From Tubiluchus corallicola (Eukaryota > Animalia > Priapulida): a stretch of 64,000 nucleotides of DNA. The position numbers were made by a program, and so were the translations under genes. Positions 40,438-54,600 of this stretch are shown here, piece after piece. The notes below the pieces were generated by a model. It did not search any database. It had not been told where the DNA came from and worked only from the letters and a program-made list of their open reading frames with translations. Every line of letters starts with the position of its first letter. Position 1 is the stretch's first letter. The stretch is taken from contig JAQGDQ010000145.1 of the NCBI GenBank assembly GCA_030141605.1, positions 310,001-374,000 on the forward strand. The letters are read 5' to 3'.

Positions 40438-42718
40438 CAGAATGCAATTAAGTGCTAAGACACCTTTGTTGGTTGAATATCTCACCATAGAGGTTTATCC
40501 TTGATATTGAGTTAAATTTTGATGAGGCTACAATCATATTAAATAGGTTTGGAATGTTGAATCCTACATTGCAAAGTGCAAAACTATATGTAAATAGGGT
40601 CAAGAGTTAAAATATTTTAAGGGGCTTAACCAGAAATAGAAAAAGTAGCTCCCAGCTCCAATCATGTTTCTCCTGTGGAATGGAGTCACCCTCAGGCATC
40701 TGAGGGGATTATCCTAGACTCTAACAATCTCTGCAGTACCATAGTGATACCAATACCAATGTTAAGTTTTATATCGGACATCGTGGTCACATTGTTTATG
40801 TTGTTTACCTTAGTTTGATTCCATTCAGTAATATTTTGCTTTTTCTATGAAATTGATTGCCCCTTTAAAATTTTCCACCTTGGTAAAATTCATTTGAAGT
40901 ACATTTACGTAAATTTATAATTATTTCGTAGCAATCATTTGATGTTATTATCAAGAAATCCGTTAAGGTGAGCCACGGGTATCATGTTATATTCAGGTTT
41001 AGAATGTTTCACTGGGTAAATAGCAGTGGGTAGCATGAAGATGAGTGTCCAATCACCAGTTCATTTACTGACTAAGTCTCATACACTGCAAAGTGTGCAC
41101 CATGACTAATCGGCAAAAGATAGAAAAAGTGGAATAGGAACCTGGATTTCAGCCGTAGATTTTTGGAGTATACTCCATTATCTTAGTGTATCCATTTTTG
41201 GGGTCGACACAGTTATTAATTCTATTGCAATAGATTCTACTAAAGCCTGTATTTTTTCCATTTCTAATTTAGGGAAAACTGTTCTGGAATACAGAAGAAT
41301 AAACGAGTGTAACGGGTGACAGGAGGCTACATTTAAGTCTCATTCTGTTACAGTTTCCTGCCGATCTCACTACCAATCTTCTGTGTTGTTGATGTGTTAC
41401 TGAAAGACATAATCCTCCTTTTAAGATAATACAGGATGTACATTTGTGACTAAAGTGAGGGGTGGATTCATCTCCAGATTTGCAGGGAAAATATTATAAT
41501 AAGTTATTGTTTTCTCTTCCAAGAGAGGTGACTGTAGCTGGAGATGGTGCAATTCCTGTTTGGACTTGGAATGTCACACATGTAAAAAAGAACTTATCTT
41601 TTTTGTTTTAGACTTCAGTGTTCTGCCCCCGCTTGCCCATCAGGGCATTGACCAGACACTCAGTAATCCTGCCTGACCAGTTCTGTTAACACAAATACCT
41701 GTAGAAGCGGCTGATCTATTATTGAGTCGTTGTCTCCTATTCAGTTTAAGTTGAGTTTGATAACCCCCGAGTATTGCAGCTACCCTCTGATAACCTCGAG
41801 ACTTGTACTTTCTAAACAGATAAATTCTTAAATCTGTCCAGGTATGTCTACAGCTTGTAAATTATGTTACTGCCACTGTTGTGTTAATTAAATTAATTGT
41901 ATTGCTGTACATTTAGCTGTTGTTGTAGTTTGTGGGATATACTTTCTTGTTTATTGTTTATTAACATACCGACAGTTACTTGGGTTTTTTGACTGGGCTG
42001 GTTGCCTCTCTGCCTAGTAACGTTAGAATTTTTAGTGAATTGGACTCGGTTGATGCTCTTTGCATGTTTAGTTGACTACTTTTTATCATGGTAGTGCTAT
42101 AGCTAATATCATCTAAACATTAAATGATGTTACTTTTAAGGTGCATAACGTTTCAAGCCATTTCACGCAGATTTCAGGTAATAAGTCACAGGCAAAAGAG
42201 TCACACAAAAAGGCATAGGAAAAAAGAAATAATCTTAACCCTAGCCAAAATTAATTGTGACTTTTTTCCTGAGACTTTATTACCGGTCACCTTCACGATA
42301 TTTGTTTAATATGCCCCAGAATTTCAACAGATATTTTCTGCAGTGTGGAATTTCGTCGGTTATCTGTCATGCTGTCTGCTTAATGCTGTTTAAAAACATT
42401 GAAAATTGATGATATAACCTTGACTGTCCCTCTTTCAGCTGCATGGCAAACTACCGGGCGACTCATTGCAGTTAATATAATATAATTAATAAGAAAACAT
42501 TTAAACAAATAGAATCGCAACCGGTTATGTCAGTGAATAAGTCGTCATCTTATAGTTGTGTCTTTCAGTCATTGCCTTGTTGTTCTTGACTACTTGAACT
42601 TGATTCAATTGAACTGATAATCTTTATTTTGTACGTGCTTCTTAGCTTGTTGTATCGTCGTCACAACTGTCGTTGCCATTGCCGTTGTTGTTGTTGTTGT
42701 TGTTGCTGCTGTTGCTGT

Positions 42719-42762
<44 letters not shown>

Positions 42763-45564
42763 TGTTAATTCAATTTAAAAGAAATTTGACATGTCAGGCA
42801 CTTGTGATAGCCGCGGCCGGGTATCAAGCCATGGTCATTTTTAAGTGCTTGGAATTTGGCGAGGACTAAGTTTAAATAATTTTTTTGAACCTGTGGTGTT
42901 GGCCAGCTTTTTATGTAATGTGGTATTTGGGTTTGCGTGTTAATCTGCTGAAAATTTTTTGACCTTGGTGAAAGTCACCCACATAAATTTGCAAGAACAA
43001 GACTACTGTGAGAGAGATAACTAAGTACTTCAGAAATCAGCAGGCAACCGTGATAATCTTAGGTGATGATGCAGGTTAAAGGTCATCAAATATTTTAACT
43101 ATAATATGCTTAAATGGCCCACTGTAATTGTGAATATTATTCTGTCGTATCGTGTTGTCTAATGGCATCATAAGAAAGATATTTAGAACCTTAGAGGTCA
43201 CGTGCCATAGGTGTCTGCGTCAAGGTCATTGACTTCAAAATGTAACATTTTTCATTCATGTGGCTGTAGTCATAAAGGAGAAGGGAATTATAGCCTAGTG
43301 GTCATGGTGTATGCAAAATTAAGCAATGTCGAGGGGAGTTTGTGAATCAGTGAGTGACCATGCACCGAGTTCATTACTCACTCTAGGCAGTTTTGTTCAC
43401 TGTACTTTATTTTTTTTTGCCTACTTCATTGAAGGTGGATGTATTAATATTCGAGCGTGGTCAGACACCACTGCTAGTCCAGTGTCTCACCTTCAGGTTA
43501 GTCTTAATAATCAGCTAGATTCCGGTCCTGACAAAATCAACATTGTGATCGAGCGTAGAAGCGGAAAAAAGTCATGACGTAATGCACGCAGGGGCAGGGA
43601 GGATAAAAAGCGTGTGACATGAGTTCCCAGACTTCTCTTATTTCAATAATTGTCTGGTAGGAAAACATGGTTGTGAAATGTCACAAATTATTAAGAGAGC
43701 TTCAAGAGAGTTTATTCATTTCCACCCTGCATTATCTGCAAGGCGTGTAAAGCCTAAACTCCCTGCCAGCCTGCATCACGTTATATATAAGGTAATGTTA
43801 ATGATTGAAATGGATTAGAAATGGATTTAATGTTCGGATTACAAACTTCGTCCAAGACTTCAATATGCTGTGTAAGAAAATTTTCCAGAGAAAAACTTCA
43901 AACCTGCAATAGGAATTTTTGTTTTACACTAAGAGAATGGTTTGGCATCATATTTTGACGTATACATATACATACAGGAAAAATACTGAATGTTTCTACG
44001 AGGGCACCCAACCAAGTGCTATCAACACTAATGATAATTATCAATGATGCGCTTACTTTCCATGTAGTGTTTTCTTGTTTCACTAATTGGTTATTAGTGG
44101 TACTTGTTGAGTGTTATTCTTAACAACTAATCGCTTCATACCCATTGCTGTGGCGTTGCCCTACATTGCATTTTAATCTGTTATGCTGATTGTTGCCAAG
44201 AATGTCCGATCGAACAAGCTGTACTTTGTAAGAAGATGTAGTACTACATACTTAGTGATATTTTGAAAGGATTGTATTCTAGAGAATTTGTTTTTTTTTC
44301 GGAATAGGTCTTGATCCCAATTCGAATTTCTGTATTAGTCGACTTAAAAAAATTAAATACAGTTTAATCACGTAATTCGGTTTTAGGTAGAGATAACCTG
44401 TTTTAAAAGATGTTTTCGTAAATCTGTTTGAACGTACTTGGAGTCTGGTCAGTGTATGGTCAGTGGTCACTGTCTATTTTAACAATGCTAACGCACCCTT
44501 GATGCCAGCCGGGACAATGTCACTTTGAAATAAAAAATATCCTTGATAATGAGATCGATTCTGGTCCTGTCTCAACTGTTTATAACATTATTAGCAGACT
44601 ATGCTGTTGAGTGCTGGGGTCCTCGACCGAATTGTATAAAATTAAAAAAGAAACAGTGGTAAAAAAACTGTGGTCTCAGTTACAGAGATGAGTGAACATC
44701 CTTTGAACATTTGAGAGCTATGATACACATGCAGTAAATTAGAGTACAATAGTCATATTTACATTACAGAAAAGATAGGAGACGTGTTGTAGATCTTCTT
44801 AATTTAATTACTGACATTGTCTGCTTACGCCCCCTGTTTATGCTACGTGTACGTGCTCTTTCCTTTTCTCTGTGCCATTAAGAACACACTGTCAGGACCT
44901 CCGAGTGCAATAAAAAGTTCTTGGTCAAAGTTGGGCTGAACTAATTACTATACCATGGCGTAGGGACGAGATCCAGGTATTCTGTTTACATTAGAAGATT
45001 AATCTGGATCTTTTGAGATTCCATACGTGAGGCAGCCACGGTCTTTCTGGCTATGTGACTGTCTACATTAGCATAAAAAGTAAGCACATTAAAGCAAATT
45101 ACGTGACAAAAATCGCAGTTATCTCACAGTTCTTTATTATTGTCTCTGTTCCTGTCATTAAGAATTAAAATAGCGTTACTTTTACTCGCCTTCTGTATGT
45201 CTACTAGTACAACATCAGTCACCAATATTTTAAAATGAACCAAGACCTGGTTTCATCGTTGGTTCTTGAACTTCTTCGAAGATACGAATTTTCTTTTAAT
45301 TAGTTTTCTAGTGATTCTCACTTGAACTAAAATAAACAGAGATAATGACAATAATGTTTTATGTATATTTACTAAGTAAACTAAACTAAATTTAATTCAT
45401 CCATTTTATTACTATGCTTTGTTTGAGTTAATCTGCTGTGAGCTAGCACCACTTTACCTTAGTCTATAGTTTGTGGGTATAGGGGCTATTACATTTTTCC
45501 GATATACAGAAAATAAGCTAGCGATGTTAATAAGTGTACGCGCACTTTCTAATCTTTTAAAGCC

Positions 45565-45625
<61 letters not shown>

Positions 45626-48600
45626 GAAGAGGAGGAGGGATGCCAGCAAAGCGAGCAGTGATGCAGAAGTCAAGCCGTCGCATTTTATTAATGTTATACA
45701 CGTTTTATTAGTACATAATGTATATTTATGTATAAACATGTAATTCCGGAACAGGTTTTGTGTGTATAAACGCTAGTGCAATGAATAATAAGCATTAAAT
45801 ATTTATTATTTTTATGATACTTATATTTTAATATTAATTTATTTTGTGAACTTTCAAAGTACGAACGAAATTAACTCTCTTTATTTTGTCTTGCATAGTC
45901 TTGACTCAGGAAGTAGCTAATATGATTTGACAAATGCACACTGTACAACCATAAGCCTTGCATTAAATGGCAATATTTTTCGGATACGTGTATTTTAAAA
46001 ATAAGTGTTAGTTTTTAATTCATGTATACTGTTAGAAAAACGTACTGTTTCTGCTGCTGGCTTAATAATTTTTGCAAGGTCGAGTTTCTCTCTATGGATA
46101 AGTGATTTCTGCTAGCACAGTGTATTGTTGTGCTCGATTAGACGCTTGACTGTATGATGTTACTGGATTATCCTTGACTGAGTGTAATATTATGATACAT
46201 AGAATTCCTGTTTATGTACATGGTTGCTCAAGCGTAGGCTGCTGTTGCATGGAATAATAATATCCTCCTGATTTGATTTGGTCACGTGACGCACAGGGAG
46301 ACTACTGCACTAAACGTACATGTTTTTATATATTATGATTGATTATGATTATTATTATGATTATGCACGTATTATGATGGACTATTAGCCACTGTTTACT
46401 GTAATATATTGCAACCATTACGTGCATTTGTAAATTTGACAAAAACAGTTTTTACTTAAACGTGTTCATTCACTTTTTGATGTTTTTTTATATTTGGTTT
46501 GCCTTAAACCTGGGAAAGCAATATTTTAGAAGCTACGGTTATGAACGGTTCTATACCTGAATTTACGGTTATACACCTGAAAAAATGGGGTATCTGGTCG
46601 TGCTAAAAGATATCTAGTTTCCGTTGCTGTACTTTTGCAAATCGACCATTTGACCTTGCATGGAACTGGTGCCTGAGCTTATTACGCTAAACCAGTTGAC
46701 AAATTGCAAAATCGTACTGCCAATTTGGTTGGGCCTGATTTGTGATTTTTGAAGGTTTGTATCTGTGTAATATTCAACCTTCTTTTGGAAGATGTTCTCA
46801 TGATCTTTCTTCGTTGTTTCCAAAATATCGACATTTTGTTTTGGAATACTTGTTTTACACCTGCTTCTCATATTTTCTCTTAACCTTACAGTTTTTTCAA
46901 CCTTAGTTTCTTCGAGTTTCCTCAAGTCATGACTGTTTCCTTTTCTAGAAAAAATCGCTCTTTGTGCTACTGCAATCTTTGCTTATTTTCACTCTGAATG
47001 TAACGAAATTTTTACTTTTTAGCTCCTGCAAAATTTCGGAAAGGCTGACGCAACGCGAGACGAAGCGTACGAGTCGTACGTCGTCCAGTTTTCCAAGCAG
47101 CAACTCGGAGCCAAGAAATTATACCATGAAGTCAAGAAGTACCTTATGGCTCTCAAAGGTTTGTATAAAGCAACTCTGATCTAATGTAAAAAAAGTCAAA
47201 AGCGGTCTGTGGCGCTCAAAGGTAGTGTACAAAAGCGTGTTAAAGGTGTGATGGCCGCTGGCTGCTTAGGAATTTTTGAGAGAGTTTATATCAGGGTCGT
47301 TACGGATCCACGAAGGGGTGCTCCGAGGAAAAAGTTTAGGTTGATCGTTCTGTTTCAAATGTTCTACTGGCGTAAACTACAAAGGAGAAGTTAAAAGACA
47401 GGCTTGACCCAGCTTCCTCGTGACTCATTAGAGTTTTACGTTGTTGCGTTTAATAATAATGTTACAGTGTTTGGTACCCGTGGAAATAGATCTGGTATGT
47501 TCACATTCCTACACTGACAGGCCCTACTGCTCTTCAGCGTTGGTTTAGATGTTCTCAGCGCTCCCCAACTCCATTGTCCTGCTGTAGTGCAGTTTTTCTA
47601 CGCTTGTAAAGTTACAAGCGTGGAAAAAATTCAAGTTTTAGTAAAAAGTGTACGTCCTCTCCTATTAATTCTATTAATACTAATTACACAGCTCGCGCCA
47701 TTTCATTTTAAAATATTTACTAACGTTGTTTACGATCAAGAAAATTTGCGGATATTAACACACGGAAATTGCTAGATAATGTCACTATGAGTTAATTCTT
47801 GGGAAATGTTGCAGCCATCTAAACGGTTTGCCCTTGCATTCCTTTCATACCAAGCGACTCATCAGCGTTCTTCAGTGATTTATTTGTGAGTTTAGCCGCC
47901 GCAGATATGATGTTACTCAAGTTCTAGGAGGATTGACGCAGCCCTACTTAACATCCAAACAACTTTTTTTCCAAGGTCATTTCGATGTTTGTTTTCCAGC
48001 TGTAGGCTCACTTGGTTCAGAGAAGCATCAGGTTTAGCGCCAATGCTCTTGAAATGTATCATTTAGACAGCTTTATTGATTAACATCTGAGTAAATTGAA
48101 ATTATTTTATTGATCAAGTATCGCAGTAAATGGGCAATTTGTTGGAAATAACATCACATACATGTGTGGTTTCAGGTAGCATTAATTTCACTTTTTAATT
48201 ATTGTTCAATTTTTTTAGTTGAAAAAGTGAACTTGCTAGCTGAAAGTTCTTAATTTAATTAGCAATATTTGATTTTCTATTTTTTTAAATTAACATTTCT
48301 ACTTTGAAAATATTTTAGTTTACTTTTTGATGACGTCAGCACATTAATAAAACTAAAATTACAATTGTCACGATACGAGATTCATTCTTAAATATAAACG
48401 AGTCTTTTAAGTTATTTTCGCACCTTGAACGCACTCTGATTCACTGGACGCCTATATCAGTAGAAAACTGGAAATTGGTACAGTAGCTTCGACAGATATT
48501 TTGTACAAATGAGTTGGAGTTTTGGTAAATTGCTAGTTAAAGTTGCCGTTTCCGGTTTCCATTGTCACGTCAGTCCAACTGTGTTATAAATAACTTATAT

Positions 48601-51600
48601 AATTTGTCCACTTTTTACTGTATCACTTTATAGTGTTCATATGAACGATTTTGACAAATATCAAGGTAAATTGTGATTTTGTGAATCTCTGAAGACTCTC
48701 TCAGCTCTCATCTAAACCCCAACGCCTCTTGGAGTGTACATATTTTTGTTCAGAGTAATAAGAATGCTACTTATGTCCCCAGATGCATTTTTTACAATTC
48801 AGACAAACAATCTTTTCTCTGTTCCTAAGATGCGCGATGCGGAAACTAGTTTAAGCGAATTATATTACAACACCCGTTAAGGATTATTATTATGATGATG
48901 ATCTACGCGTCGCTTGGGCTTTGCAAATAGTTTTTCGGGTTGTTAGTGAAGCGTTTTTTCTCCGTTTTGTTATACACTTGCACTGAGCGATGATTCTGAA
49001 ACAAAAACATTGATTGATTGTTTCGTTTATTTTACTCAAAAAACACAGTCACTTGTAGTTGTTTTATTGCTAAAACAACTAAACATTTGTAGAACAAGTG
49101 CACACATCAGCAATCCAGTAAAATTAAAACAACGTACTACTTGCTACTCTAAAAACACGAACACATATCCCAAATTTCTAACAAACACAAGCATTCAGCT
49201 AAAATCAAGCTTTGAGCAGAATCAGAAAGATTTAAGTCCTGTGGGCTGCACTGGTTATATACCGAATGTTTTGAGATCAATCATGTGAATTGCCATTTCT
49301 TTCTTTTCTATCATTTTAAGTCATTTTCTTACAAAAAACGCCCTCTAAGAACATACCATTCTGGAGCTGCATGATAAACGGCTCGGCAGTACAGTGATGA
49401 TAATAATAATAATACAGTTGATGATAACAATAAAAAACTTCAATGATAGTTAGCCAAATAAGCTTTTAAGCTTCTGTCATTATAATTTGTCTATTGATTA
49501 TTGAGATTTTTTTTAATCAACAACAAAATTTTTAGTTTAATTCATAAAACATTGTATTAGTAAACTACGTTGGGCAGAAAAAGCGAAATTGTGTGTCGCA
49601 GGTTTGTGCCACTTGTTTTCTAGATATGTCAGCATGTATTGGCATTTACTTTGGATTTATAAGAAGTAACCTCTATCACATAATTTTTATGCTTTTAATA
49701 TTGTTCAATTCAGTTCAAAATATTTATTTGTCTCTGTAAGGTTGCAAAAATATGTAATTATAAGCATCACTAATCCTTTCCGTTGTTTGAGGTTGGATTT
49801 TCAAATGGTACATGTGGTATGCTCCTTCCAACCAGAAAAAAACTCCAAAACAAGTGTTATATTAAAGCACGTCTTTATTAAGGCTTTTATTGTCAGTGTT
49901 TCGACTTGCTGTCAAGTCATGACATGACGATCTGAAGAATTTATAAAATTGCCATTGTTATATGAAAACTAACGACAAAATTTAATAAATATATAAAATT
50001 GTTTTGTAGTGCCCTATAATTTTTAAAAATGTTCACAAGCTAAATTTCTGTACAATGTGAAATAAAGGTTACACACCTGTTTTTGCTGCTTTATTTGATT
50101 GGAAAGAGCATGCTATTTTAGCATTAATAATATTAATAAATGGAGACAAATTTTATGTTTAATGTTTGCCTGATGTTTTTGATGTTTACCTGAAATTTAA
50201 AGTGTAGAAGTTACTATAATAAATATTTTTGAATTTCATAACCATACTTTCTCGGTCTGACGTGGATCTGACCACAAGGTTTTATAAATTCGTCCCAGTG
50301 AAACAGTTTTGACGGCATGTTTGGTGGGCAATCATCTGCGAACTCCAGATTGTTGTTTTTGTCAACAAACTCGATATTGCTCTGCAAACATTGCCGATTT
50401 GTGTTTTTCTAATTTCACCGCCACCTACATTTTAATTGGCATTTCACGTATTGACTTCAGCGTTCAGCCCGCCACAAACGAGAATTGCTGGGGTTTTAGT
50501 TTGTTTGATTATTTATATAATGAATAATTTGACGAATACGTGTAATAACTCTGGTGTGTAGAGGCAATAGCATTACCGGAGTAATGTTCAACTGCAGGCA
50601 TATAGGAACCACTAGAAGGGATCTCCTGTAGTTATATTTCATCCACATATCACTAGGACTGTTTTGTAAAGGCAGCAGTTCTAGTGTTCACCACCACACA
50701 CTATTAGGAGAGCTTCATTTGTACTTACATCACTGTGAAAATTGAATGACAGAGACGGATTATGAGCTTTTGGGGCTCCTAGGCTAATGAAATTAAGGGC
50801 CCCTCTTGGACGGAGCCCCCTCTAACTCGCACACGTCTTGATTTTTTTTTACCCGTGACATATTTTAGCGACATTTACATAGCTTGCAGTAAACGTATTG
50901 GAATTTTTTAAATAAACAAGCTATCTTTTGTTTGTCGATAAAAATATCCTTTAAGTTATTTTACTATTTATTGCAAACCAAATGAGCACATATTCCAACA
51001 CAACTGTAGTGAAAAAGATTTTTGACCAAATGTTCCAAAGCTTAAGAGCCCCAAGCTTGAGGGGCCTCAGATTGCCGCCTATAATAGCCTATAGGATAGT
51101 CCGGTCCTGCTATATAAATGGTGTTGCTGTCCCAGCTGTGTTGTGGAAACGTGAATTAAGCTCTGTTTATGAAATCATTAGCGTGTCAAATACTTGATAC
51201 ACATTCAAAATGTTTGAGAATAAAAACAATAGCAAACGAATCTTATTATAAAATTGAAAAGCTCTGTGTTTGACTTATGCACTTGTAGAAAAGGAAACAA
51301 ACGAAAAAATAACGCTGATTTTTTTAGCTTTTTGTCTTTAATACAGTGGCATTGTGCAAACTGGTGTTCTGCACTCAATTACAGGACCTACTACTAATAT
51401 TGATTGCTTGTAACAGGACCAGAATCTAACTCATCATCATCAACGATAATGCTGAAGAATGTGGCTTTGAACCTGCAGAGGTGTCTTGGGCATTTCCTGA
51501 ATAGAGATTCTTTTTCAGCAAGAGAAAAAACACGAAGAAATGCTGTAGTTGTCCTGGCAATCACCCTTCTACTTCCTAATCAAATTTAATGTTATTTAAC

Positions 51601-54600
51601 TTTCATAGCCAAGTTCATATCAATACCATTGACACAGCACAATGTAAAGTGTAATCTGACACATAAAATGCTTCATTAAAGTGCTAAATGCAACAATGTA
51701 AATCACAAAACTCCCAAAATTCACTTTTTACTGTAAAACTGTAAGAAATTATAGTAAATTTTCACACTGTAATATAGGAATGATTCACTTGAGCATTCTC
51801 TGATAACCTATTTTACCTTTTTTGTTCACCGATTCCCCCAAACAAGGCTTGTGGCCTTAGAGAACAAAATGGAAGGTTACATTGATATACATGTAGTTGA
51901 AAGGTGGAATTATGAGTAACAGGTCAAGAAAATAGAATACCTAAAGGGATCATCAAATGATCTAAGTTTGCATGTTCTCAAGTACATGATAAAAAATACC
52001 GGTCATTCACTCAGTATCTGCAACATCTGCATTTAGACTTAAGTGCGAAGGGTTGTCCGATTCCAACATCTAGTGAATCTATTGAATTGAAAACGTGACC
52101 TTTGCCAAAAGTGTTATTTTGGCAGATTGCTAATGACGAGCTGCTTCTTTTTTAGGGTGTCTCTTAATTGAACAGTGTCGCATTTGGATTTTGTACAAGG
52201 AAAAGCAAGTGCCTAAAATGCAATGCACTTGTCTCTTCAAAGAAGAAAATCTGTTAAAAAGCACGGAGTAAAGAGTCCCTGTTGAGATTAGACGTTTTGA
52301 GAATTTTTTTATATTCTTTACCAGTAATATGAATGATAATAGCAGTGCTTCAGATTTGTAATTTATCAAGTTGTCTTTTAGGTAATTCGTTAATTATTAA
52401 AGCAGTAAAGCCTGCGGAATGGTCAGTTAATACACAGCATTAGAACAGAACTCTCTTCTAGAACGGAAAATTTTTGGTGGTGTCCATTAGTTAGGATATT
52501 TAGTGCTGTTACAATGCAAGTCAGTATAATTACATAGAATTTTAATTACGTTCATGTTAATTGTGGTCTAATTAGTACTGCCATTGTTGGCAGCGAGTTA
52601 CTGCAGTAGTATAAGAATGGCTTTGAAATAATTAATCTAAATTATAATCCACGCTTGTTGGAGCTACCAGTGTGTGTCCTCTTTGTCGAACAGCAAAATC
52701 ATATCATAATTAAGTCATTTTACAATTTTTGTCTTCTAATAATATTCTCTGTACATTTTCTTGCAAATTTGTTACGAATCTAACAATACAACAACAGTTC
52801 AATAGCTGTTAGTCCATCTAATTATCTAATTATTGTTTCAGCTCACCGTACTTATATATATTACTTATATGCTTTGACAAAATCTCTGATGCAGAGGATT
52901 CAGTCGAATCTTTTTATTTCATTTTAGGAATGGAAGCGGCTAGCAAATCGCTACATGAGGCCCTAGCAGAGTCACACGAACCTGAATGGGTGGGACATGA
53001 TACTGTCACACAGTCTGTAGCACGAACTTCCGAACTGTGGGAGAGCTTTCTCACGAAACTGACAGAAGATGCAGTGGATCCGCTCAGCAAATACCAGACA
53101 AATTTCGTTGATGTTCGGGTAAAGTATATTTGCAACCTTATTTGACAATTATTAAAACAAAATTTGGTTCTTGTTCTTTTATTTCTAAAATAACACATAT
53201 AATTCTGATTTTTATGTAGCATTAGTACTTTTAAATCTTAAATGTTTGATTTTCAGCAAAAAGTGGAGAAACGTGAAAGGAAAAGGTTAGACTATGACAA
53301 TGCTCGACACACATACAATGCTCTCGTTAGCGCAAAGAAGAAAGATGATGCGAAAATACAGAAGGTGGGTTCCATTTGCTAATCTCAAAACTTTGAGGTA
53401 ACTGTGAACTGGTACTAACTAAATTTGTTGTGTCCAGTCACTTTGAGACATCTTTTTAGCAGCACTTGAATAGGTGTTTTAAATATCTCTAGGGCTTTTT
53501 TTAAGTACAGTGCTCAGTAAAAAATTTTCAACTTGTGTACAGTGTAGTTCACTTACCTGAGGCGGCAGCTCATGTTTGTCTGTTTTTGACCTCTTCTCAG
53601 TTCTCATGATTACTGGCATACCTGCATGAATAAGGCACAGCAAGTAGGTTGCATGATCTGCTTTTAGAACGCATCGTTTACAGCCATTGACAGCTAATCT
53701 ATAATGGGGTAAACATTGTATATCAGATGTGTATCAATTTGAATACCTAAGTTATGTATAAACCACGGTTATGCCACAAAGTATAACTCTGTTCTGGCTT
53801 TACCACCATGCTTTTATGTAATATTAATTAGAACATTTCTTTATTTTTTTGTATTGATTATTTTATATTTTTTACTTCCATATGCTATTGTAAACTGTGC
53901 AAAGAAAAACCTAATTTATGGGGACTGCAAATGTGTAATGCAAAAATAAAAAAATCAAATAAGTATGGTAAACTGTTCCACAATATAAAAATAAATAGAA
54001 AATTAATTCAAATGGCATTTGTTTTCTAAGTTAGAACTACCAGTTCTAAAAGCAAAAACAAAGTTGAGCATTATTTTGTAAAATGAGTTTAGCTGCAATA
54101 TAGTGAAGTTTAGAAATTTAATGCTAATCAAGCTAGCAACTCCTTGTTGCTGAATCAATTTAAAGGGTTAATGCTCAACTGTGTTTTCATCATCAGCATG
54201 AAAAGATGTATTACATTTTAATTAATCACTGTAGTACATATTTTTCCTCTTAGAATTATGTATTGTTTACAACCTGTCTGACAATATTTCTTATGAAATG
54301 TCTGGACTACAAAAATCTCTTAGCTCTTTCTTCTAAACTTTATTCTTAACTGTGAACACTGCTTATTTCTATTGTAACTTATTATATAGTGTGTCTACTT
54401 TCTCTAAGAAAGTGTGTACATTGTACAAACTGTTAATAGGAAATGGGTTTTCTATTTCTTCTGGTTTGAAATATTTCAGTATGTGTGTCAGGGTATTCTC
54501 CAAATAGGTTTAGCAGATAAGCTGTTTATTTCTGCCTGTCATTTGGAATTAGGCACCTTAGAATATAGGTTTTGTGAAAGGTACTCTACTAATAGTTAAT

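Noticed and set aside
46614-46925. 103-aa minus-strand ORF in Amph intron 1 as a nested gene
   Set aside because: No recognisable domain or supporting exons; more likely a transposon remnant.
48634-48665. Apparent 32-nt Amph micro-exon ([10 protein letters not shown]) with AG/GT boundaries
   Set aside because: The homologous BAR segment is already encoded by exon 47023-47158, which joins 52928 in phase. This exon would shift the frame.
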